36,919 nt of DNA from Aquificota bacterium (GTDB lineage Bacteria; Aquificota; Aquificia; Aquificales; Hydrogenothermaceae), in contig JAADEU010000057.1 of assembly GCA_013153235.1 (NCBI GenBank), positions 1-36,919 on the forward strand, in the 5' to 3' direction. Both the position numbers and the translations under genes were made by a program. This document shows, piece after piece, positions 30,509 through 36,919 of this stretch. The notes below the pieces were generated by a model. The model saw only the letters and a list, made by a program, of their open reading frames with translations. It searched no databases and was not told the origin of the DNA. Within the stretch, counting starts at the first letter, position 1; each line of letters opens with the position of its first letter.

Positions 30509-32571
30509 AACAGTCTGACAAAAATAATTCTTTATACGTTCAGGTAGCCCTTCCTATTTCCCAGTTCATGTCCTTTACATACAGGGTACCGGAGCATCTG
30601 AAAGAAAAGGCCAGGCCTGGATTCAGGGTTCTTGTACCCTTTAAAAAAAGTAAGCTGACAGGTGTTATCACGTCACTTTCTGATAAACCCCAGCTAAAGG
30701 GCATAAGGGATGTGGAGGATATACCTGACAGCCTTCCTGTTTTTACAGAGGATTACCTCCAGATTCTAAAAAAAATATCGGAATATTACATTACCCCCCA
30801 CGGTATAACGCTTTATTACGCAATGCCTGAAGGACTCAGGTGGAAATACAACCGGGAGAAAAAAAGATGGATAAAACCTGCCCCTGAAGAAAAGGTCTAC
30901 TATCTGTCGTCTGGGGCATTCCAGGAAAAGCTAACCCCTTCAGCCAGAAAGCTCGTGCAGTTTGTCGCCGAGAGGGGAGAGGTAACATCCTCCGCACTTA
31001 AAGAGGCAGGATTCAAAACATCAACCATAAACAGTCTGGTCAGAAAGGGTATCCTGATTGAGAGTGGCGGTTATCTGGCCGTTGAGGAAGAACTGCCCAC
31101 AGAAGAAATATCCGTCTCTGAGGAATCTTACAACAAAAAAGGTATGTTCCTCTTATCAGGGGAAAATGCCGAAAGCAGGCTCCGCAGATACATACACATA
31201 CTCAAAAAAACAGTAAACCGTGGCCAGACAGCAATGTTTATACTTCCTAATATTGCATCCCTTCGCAGGGTATACCCGGGATTTAAGAGGGAATTTGGTG
31301 ACAGGCTCAGGGTTTATCTTGATACCATACCTGAAAAGCAGAAGATAGACCTGTGGTTTGAGCTGATGAAAAACTCCGGATATATCGTTCTCGGTACCTA
31401 CAGTACCCTTTTTATCCCCGCTGAAAACCTATCCCTGATAATAATAGAGGAGGAATACTCCTCAGGATACAAAAATCCCCGTATGCCAAGGTTCGATGCA
31501 AGGAGACTCGGGATAGAGATTTACAGAAAAAGAAATACCGCTGTTATTCTTGGCAGTTCCATTCCTTCTGTTGAGACTGTCTATCTGTCAGAAACAGGAA
31601 AAGTAAAAAAATTAATAGACAGGGAGATACTCACCGCATCAGATGCCCGTCTTGAAATAAAAAAACCCGACTACACCAGACCCGTTGACAGACAGATTAT
31701 CAATCTGCTAAAGGACAGAAACACAACAGCCCTTATTGTAACAAACAGGAGGGGATTCTCATCCTATCTGTACTGTCCCAGATGTGAGGATGAGATTAAA
31801 TGTAAAAGGTGTGATATTCCCCTGAAGGTCCACAAATCAGGAAAGGAAAAATTTCTCCAGTGTGAGCTGTGCGGGAAAAAATACAGTTTTCTCCAGGAAT
31901 GTCCGGAATGTGAAACAGGTCTGATAGAGACAGGCTTTGGTACAGAAAAAATTATGGAGATTCTTTCGGCGGAGCTTGGGAATGAGGTTTCTTTCCTTGA
32001 AGAAAGGATAAACAGGATAAATATAACCGCATCAATCTCAGGCAAGGACTTTCTGGCCCCGAAATACAGGGTGGTAGTAAATATCCTGCCTGATTATCTG
32101 CTGTACATCCCTGATTTCAGAGGGGAAGAGCTGTTTTTCAGGTCTATTTCCCTGTCGTACCTTAAAGCAGAAGATAAGATGATACTTATAACATCCCAGG
32201 AGAACTCTCTGCCTTCCATAAAAGCCCTTACCGAAAAAAACAGCACCATATTCTACAGAAAAGAACTGGAAAACAGAAAAGTCATGTCCCTGCCACCATT
32301 CTCAAAATGGATACTCCTCACATTTGAAAAGAAAGGACTTACAGCCAGACAGGTTGAAGAACTGTTCCAGAGGTGGATTGACACAATCGGTGAAAAACCG
32401 GAATTTGAAGGACCCTACACAGCCATATACTCTAAAATAAGAGGCAGGGATAGATTCCAGATACTGATAAAAAATATTAAAAACAGAAAAAAACTCGAAA
32501 AGCTTTTCAGCCTGACAGGAAAAAAAGGTATAAAATTAATAATTGAACCTGACCCAAAACAGATAAAATAG
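30505..32571 (+). CDS. priA: Primosomal protein N' (PriA) with degenerate helicase motifs
   Basis: N-terminal FTYRVP...PGFRVLVPF 3'-DNA-binding domain, NRRG, four CxxC pairs, GTEK, C-terminal LPPF; Walker A and DExH not intact. Confidence 0.88.
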   Translation: MKQSDKNNSLYVQVALPISQFMSFTYRVPEHLKEKARPGFRVLVPFKKSKLTGVITSLSDKPQLKGIRDVEDIPDSLPVFTEDYLQILKKISEYYITPHGITLYYAMPEGLRWKYNREKKRWIKPAPEEKVYYLSSGAFQEKLTPSARKLVQFVAERGEVTSSALKEAGFKTSTINSLVRKGILIESGGYLAVEEELPTEEISVSEESYNKKGMFLLSGENAESRLRRYIHILKKTVNRGQTAMFILPNIASLRRVYPGFKREFGDRLRVYLDTIPEKQKIDLWFELMKNSGYIVLGTYSTLFIPAENLSLIIIEEEYSSGYKNPRMPRFDARRLGIEIYRKRNTAVILGSSIPSVETVYLSETGKVKKLIDREILTASDARLEIKKPDYTRPVDRQIINLLKDRNTTALIVTNRRGFSSYLYCPRCEDEIKCKRCDIPLKVHKSGKEKFLQCELCGKKYSFLQECPECETGLIETGFGTEKIMEILSAELGNEVSFLEERINRINITASISGKDFLAPKYRVVVNILPDYLLYIPDFRGEELFFRSISLSYLKAEDKMILITSQENSLPSIKALTEKNSTIFYRKELENRKVMSLPPFSKWILLTFEKKGLTARQVEELFQRWIDTIGEKPEFEGPYTAIYSKIRGRDRFQILIKNIKNRKKLEKLFSLTGKKGIKLIIEPDPKQIK

Positions 32572-32580
32572 GAGGGCTCA

Positions 32581-33087
32581 ATGGAAAGGCTGTACTCCCC
32601 CTGGAGAAGCCAGTACATAGAAACGTACGATAAAATGGAGGAATGTTTTCTGTGTGCAGCCGCCGCAAAACCGGAGGAGGATGAGAAAAGGCTTGTACTG
32701 TACAGGGGCAAAACCTCATTTATCATTATGAACCTGTACCCTTACAACGCCGGCCATCTGATGGTGGCACCGTATCAACATATAGGAGATTACACACAGC
32801 TTGACCAGGAGACCCTGTGCGAAATATCAAAACTGACACAGCTTTCAATAAAAGCCCTGAGAAAGGCTCTGAATCCTGACGGTTTTAATCTGGGGTATAA
32901 TCTGGGAAGGGTTGCCGGAGCCGGACTTGAGACCCATATCCACAACCATATAGTACCAAGGTGGAATGGTGATACTAACTTTATGCCTATCATAGGAGAG
33001 GTAAAGGTCATCTCACAGGACCTTAAAGATATCTACAACAAAATAAAAAAAGCCATTGAGGAGATAGGGAAGCAGGATGTGGAATAA
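32581..33087 (+). CDS. HIT-family nucleotide hydrolase/phosphorylase (FHIT / Ap4A phosphorylase-like)
   Basis: LYSPWR, CFLC, NLYPYNAGHLM, HIHNHIVPRW histidine triad. Confidence 0.93.
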   Translation: MERLYSPWRSQYIETYDKMEECFLCAAAAKPEEDEKRLVLYRGKTSFIIMNLYPYNAGHLMVAPYQHIGDYTQLDQETLCEISKLTQLSIKALRKALNPDGFNLGYNLGRVAGAGLETHIHNHIVPRWNGDTNFMPIIGEVKVISQDLKDIYNKIKKAIEEIGKQDVE

Positions 33088-33460
33088 AATCAAACTTATA
33101 ATCTGGCTTATTATACTCCTTGCAGTTGCGTATTTTGTGTCTATGAACACCTCCCCAAGTGTGTCTGTCAACATACTCCCCACATTAAAAACACCTGAAA
33201 TACCCCTTGCCCTGGTAATAATAGTAAGTATCATCATAGGTGCCGTTCTGATACTGCTTTTTGCCATTACAGACTGGATTGCCTACAAAATAGACAGGAT
33301 GAAACTCAGCAGAAAGCTGAAGCAGAATGAAAAGGAGCTTGAAAAGTGCAGACAGGAGCTCCAGAAAAAAGAGGAAGAAATCAAAAAGCTTGAAGGGGAG
33401 GTTGAAATCCTGAAAAATGAGAAAAATATAACTGTAAAAACAGAGGAAAAGGAGGAATAA
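33077..33460 (+). CDS. LapA (DUF1049)-like membrane protein with coiled-coil tail
   Basis: TM...FVSMN...V.V...PLALVI...GA pattern, two TM helices then a coiled coil. Confidence 0.75.
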   Translation: MWNKIKLIIWLIILLAVAYFVSMNTSPSVSVNILPTLKTPEIPLALVIIVSIIIGAVLILLFAITDWIAYKIDRMKLSRKLKQNEKELEKCRQELQKKEEEIKKLEGEVEILKNEKNITVKTEEKEE

Positions 33461-33463
33461 AAC

Positions 33464-33607
33464 TTGGGTCTTTACGACAGGGACTATATGAGGGAAAGGT
33501 CCCAATCCGGTCATTCAGGAGGAAAGTCCCCTGACAACAAAAACCTTCTTATCATTGTTGCAGTTATTTCTTTTATTTTAGGTTTTATTTTAGGTAAAAT
33601 TATTTAA
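33464..33607 (+). CDS. Small single-TM protein (47 aa, [10 protein letters not shown]...)
   Basis: GGAGG at 33451-33455, TTG 33464, TAA 33605-33607; fills the gap between lapA and the aldolase; not in the ORF track. Confidence 0.75.
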   Translation: MGLYDRDYMRERSQSGHSGGKSPDNKNLLIIVAVISFILGFILGKII

Positions 33608-33629
33608 ACAGAGTTCAAGGAGGGAAAAA

Positions 33630-34433
33630 TTGGGTATAGGCAAAAGGGTTAGGCTCGAAAGAATAATGAACAGGGATACAGGCAAAACCGTTATCGTTCC
33701 CATGGACCACGGTGTAAGCTCAGGCCCGATGAAGGGGCTTATTAACATAAAAGAAACTGTAGAAAAAATCGCAGAGGGTGGGGCTAACGCAATAATTCTC
33801 CACAAAGGCATAGTTGAGCAGGGACACAGGGGGAAAGGCAAAGATGTAGGCCTTATTATCCACATGTCAGCATCAACAGACCTCTCCCTGAGGAAAAACG
33901 ACAAGGTTCTGGTATGCACAGTTGAGGAAGCCATAAAACTCGGAGCAGACGGCGTTTCCATACACGTTAATATAGGTGCAGAAGACGAAAAACAGATGCT
34001 GAAGGATTTTGGGGCCGTATCAAAGGCCTGCCTTGACTGGCAGATGCCACTGGTTGCAATGCTCTACTACAGAGGTCCAGAAGTAAAAAATCCCTTTGAC
34101 CCTGACGCCATAGCCCACATAGCAAGACTCGGGGCAGAGCTCGGTGCAGATATAGTAAAGGTCCCTTATACCGGGGACCCGGAAAGCTTCAGGAAGGTTG
34201 TAGAAGGCTGCCCGGTTCCGGTGGTTATAGCAGGAGGTCCCAAAGTCAATTCCGACAGGGAACTTCTCCAGATGATATACGACGCAGTTGTCGTGGCCGG
34301 ATGTGCAGGACTGTCTGTGGGAAGGAACATCTTCCAGCATGATAATGTCTCAAAGATAACTTACGTCCTATCAAAAATCGTCCATGAAAATATAACAGTT
34401 GATGAAGCCCTTGAAATACTGAACCAGCAATAA
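33630..34433 (+). CDS. DhnA-type class I aldolase, probably 2-amino-3,7-dideoxy-D-threo-hept-6-ulosonate synthase (AroA')
   Basis: [24 protein letters not shown] (Schiff-base Lys), VVIAGG, GRNIFQH; TTG start with AGGAGG. Confidence 0.8.
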   Translation: MGIGKRVRLERIMNRDTGKTVIVPMDHGVSSGPMKGLINIKETVEKIAEGGANAIILHKGIVEQGHRGKGKDVGLIIHMSASTDLSLRKNDKVLVCTVEEAIKLGADGVSIHVNIGAEDEKQMLKDFGAVSKACLDWQMPLVAMLYYRGPEVKNPFDPDAIAHIARLGAELGADIVKVPYTGDPESFRKVVEGCPVPVVIAGGPKVNSDRELLQMIYDAVVVAGCAGLSVGRNIFQHDNVSKITYVLSKIVHENITVDEALEILNQQ

Positions 34434-34437
34434 ATGA

Positions 34438-35646
34438 ATGAAAAAAATCGTTGTTGTTGGCGGAGGATACGCAGGTGTATCCTTCGCCCGCAGGTTCTCC
34501 AGACTGAACGCAGATGCCGAGGTTTACATAATTGACCAGAATCCGTACCAGTATCTCCAGCCTGAGGTATACAACTTTATAGCCAATAAATACCTTATAT
34601 CAGACATAATCATAGACCTGTCCACCCTTGCAAGGGGACTGGGAGATAGATTTTTCTTCTTTAAAGAAAAAGTCACCTATATAGATTTTGATAAAAACCG
34701 TATAGAAGGTGAAAAATTCGGTCTCAACTACGATTATCTGGTGCTTTCTGTAGGAAGCAGAACATTTTTCCCCCCGATAGAAGGACTGAGGGAACACGCC
34801 TCAGGTGTCAAAACCCTGGACAGGAGTCTTAATTTCAAACAGAAATTTGAGAAAAAGATACTCCAGAAGATAAAAGAAGAAGAAAAATGCTACATACAGA
34901 AGGACAGCCAGTTTAATATCGTGGTTGGTGGCGCAGGTCTGGCAGGCGTCGAGATTGCCGCGGAGATGGCACACTACTCAAGAGAGTTTTTTAAAAAAAT
35001 TGGATTTTTATGTGACGGGCTGAACATTTCAATAGTAGAAGCAGCTGACAGAATACTGCCCGGGATTGACCCATTTGTTTACGAAACTGCCTACAGAAGG
35101 CTAAAATCCCTTGGGGTCAACATCTACACAGGCAAAAAGATTGTAAAAGTAGACGCAACAGATGTATATCTGGAGGATGGAACCTGTATAAAACAGGACT
35201 TTTTTATATGGACTGGGGGAATTGTGGCAAGCAGCCTTATATCAAAACTGGGTATTAAAACAAACAGAAGAAACCAGGCCATTGTGGATGAGTACTTTAA
35301 CCCTGAAGGCATAGATAATGTTTTTATAATAGGAGACTGTGGAGAGATAAAGGACTTTCGCACCGGAGAAGTTCTGCCACCTATGGCACAGATTGCCATC
35401 CAGACAGGGGAGATAACGGCAGGATACATAAATTCCCTCCTTAAAGGCTCAAAACCTGAACCTGTAAGTCCGGTATTCAGGGGGATGGTTTCTGCACTGG
35501 GTGGAAGATACGGGGTCGGTATGATAAAAAATGGTATAAAATTTAAGGGTTTTCCGGCGTACCTGTTTAAAGAGGCTGTATTTTTACACTACAAACTGCC
35601 ACTGAGGTATATCTCAAAAAAAGGATACAGGAGTCTTACAGAATAA
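34438..35646 (+). CDS. NAD(P)/FAD-dependent oxidoreductase, type II NADH dehydrogenase family
   Basis: [45 protein letters not shown]. Confidence 0.85.
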   Translation: MKKIVVVGGGYAGVSFARRFSRLNADAEVYIIDQNPYQYLQPEVYNFIANKYLISDIIIDLSTLARGLGDRFFFFKEKVTYIDFDKNRIEGEKFGLNYDYLVLSVGSRTFFPPIEGLREHASGVKTLDRSLNFKQKFEKKILQKIKEEEKCYIQKDSQFNIVVGGAGLAGVEIAAEMAHYSREFFKKIGFLCDGLNISIVEAADRILPGIDPFVYETAYRRLKSLGVNIYTGKKIVKVDATDVYLEDGTCIKQDFFIWTGGIVASSLISKLGIKTNRRNQAIVDEYFNPEGIDNVFIIGDCGEIKDFRTGEVLPPMAQIAIQTGEITAGYINSLLKGSKPEPVSPVFRGMVSALGGRYGVGMIKNGIKFKGFPAYLFKEAVFLHYKLPLRYISKKGYRSLTE

Positions 35647-36617
35647 TGAAGGTTCTTATCACAGGGGCAGCAGGCTTCATAGGAAGTCATTTATGCGATA
35701 AATTTATAAAAGAAGGCTTTTATGTTATAGGCCTTGACAACTTTCTGACAGGAAGTCCTGACAACATAGCCCATTTATTTGGAAACAAAAATTTCAGGTT
35801 TGTTGAGTACGACGTAACCAACTACATATACATACCTGATGATATAGACATAATACTGCACTTTGCATGCCCCGCCTCACCGGTTGATTATCTCAAACAT
35901 CCGATTCACACAATGAAGGTTGATTCCCTTGGAACACTCCACACACTGGGTCTTGCCAAAAAGAAAAGGGCAAGATACGTATTCGCCTCAACTTCAGAAG
36001 TGTACGGGGACCCCCAGATTCATCCCCAGCCTGAAAGCTACTGGGGTAATGTGAATCCTGTCGGAATAAGGTCTGTATATGACGAGGCAAAAAGGTTTTC
36101 AGAAGCCATGAGTATGGCGTACCACAGGGAACACGGGATTGATGTAAGGATTGCCAGGATTTTCAATACATACGGTGAGAGGATGAGACTGAACGACGGC
36201 AGGGTGATACCCAACTTCATATGCTACGCTCTGGAAAACAGAAATCTACCTGTTTACGGTGACGGTAGCCAGACGAGGAGTTTCTGTTATATAGATGACC
36301 TTATAGAAGGTATATTCAGACTGACTGTGATGGATGGTCTTGAAGGAGAGATATTCAACCTGGGCAACCCTGAGGAGTACACCATATTAGAACTGGCATC
36401 AAAGATAATCCAGAAAACCGGTTCCCAATCAACTGTTGAATTTTTACCACCTATGGAGGACGACCCTAAAAAAAGATGCCCGGATATATCAAAGGCCAGA
36501 AGGATTTTAAACTGGGAACCAAAAATTTCCCTTGACGAAGGACTTGAAAATACGATACAGTATTTTAAACTTAAGTTAAACAAAAACAAAAAAAATCCAG
36601 CAGACGGAGGAGCTTAA
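35646..36617 (+). CDS. UDP-glucuronate decarboxylase (UXS-like extended SDR)
   Basis: [65 protein letters not shown]. Confidence 0.9.
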   Translation: MKVLITGAAGFIGSHLCDKFIKEGFYVIGLDNFLTGSPDNIAHLFGNKNFRFVEYDVTNYIYIPDDIDIILHFACPASPVDYLKHPIHTMKVDSLGTLHTLGLAKKKRARYVFASTSEVYGDPQIHPQPESYWGNVNPVGIRSVYDEAKRFSEAMSMAYHREHGIDVRIARIFNTYGERMRLNDGRVIPNFICYALENRNLPVYGDGSQTRSFCYIDDLIEGIFRLTVMDGLEGEIFNLGNPEEYTILELASKIIQKTGSQSTVEFLPPMEDDPKKRCPDISKARRILNWEPKISLDEGLENTIQYFKLKLNKNKKNPADGGA

Positions 36618-36618
36618 G

Positions 36619-36717
36619 ATGGAGCCATGGATTCCTTTTATCATCATGACAATCTTTACAATCATCACAGGTATCCTTGCATTTGTTGCAGGAGCATTAA
36701 AAAGAGGAGAAGAATAA
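36619..36717 (+). CDS. 32-aa single-TM microprotein (MEPWIPFIIMTIFTIITGILAFVAGALKRGEE)
   Basis: GGAGG at 36606-36610, ATG 1 nt after the upstream stop, hydrophobic helix with charged tail; not in the ORF track. Confidence 0.65.
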   Translation: MEPWIPFIIMTIFTIITGILAFVAGALKRGEE

Positions 36718-36726
36718 TTTAGATAG

Positions 36727-36919
36727 TTGAGTTCCAATGAACAGATAGGAAACATCTTTTTCTTTGGTTTCCTGTCTTTTTTCCTTTTTTTAGGATACCT
36801 GCTGTTTAAGCCTTTTTTAAAGGTAATTATTCTGTCAATTCTCATCACAATAATTTTTTATCCTCTTTACCTTAAACTACTTATAAAACTGAAAAGTCCA
36901 CTGATTTCTTCCTTTTTAA
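36727..36919 (+). CDS. 5' part of a probable AI-2E family transporter (runs off the window)
   Basis: Open frame from TTG 36727: MSSNEQIGNIFFFG...LLFKPFLKVIILSILITIIFYPLY..., matching the PF...YP N-terminal pattern of AI-2E/PerM permeases. Confidence 0.65.
   Translation, partial: MSSNEQIGNIFFFGFLSFFLFLGYLLFKPFLKVIILSILITIIFYPLYLKLLIKLKSPLISSFL

Noticed and set aside
36576-36848. 90-aa minus-strand ORF at the window end
   Set aside because: It is antisense to the better-supported plus-strand microprotein and AI-2E permease start.

Overview
A gene-dense stretch of bacterial chromosome, mostly housekeeping. Gene content and protein style suggest a thermophilic member of Aquificota (Persephonella/Hydrogenothermaceae-like); this is inference. 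Recognisable genes include hslU, an ADP-forming acyl-CoA ligase, pyrG, argS, a SPOR protein, an RCK/USP protein with a CPA2 antiporter, a dnaQ-like exonuclease, proC, hemW, ferredoxin, obgE, rpmB, a glcD-like oxidase, nadA, ruvB-holA-lptE-coaD-rsmD, NlpC/P60-hslV-priA-HIT-lapA, a DhnA/AroA'-type aldolase, an NDH-2-like oxidoreductase and a UDP-glucuronate decarboxylase. The most notable feature is a co-oriented minus-strand run (about 14.8-22.9 kb). It contains a HerA ATPase fused to an N-terminal PLD (HKD) nuclease-like domain, followed by obgE, two uncharacterised genes, NurA, a membrane-anchored HhH (ComEA-like) protein, a creatininase and a sirtuin. This is a candidate two-nuclease HerA-NurA DNA-processing module. 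PriA looks like a helicase-dead pseudo-helicase. Two small membrane-protein ORFs absent from the ORF track were found. No rRNA, tRNA, CRISPR array or mobile element was seen. All calls come from reading motifs by eye; no database searches were run.
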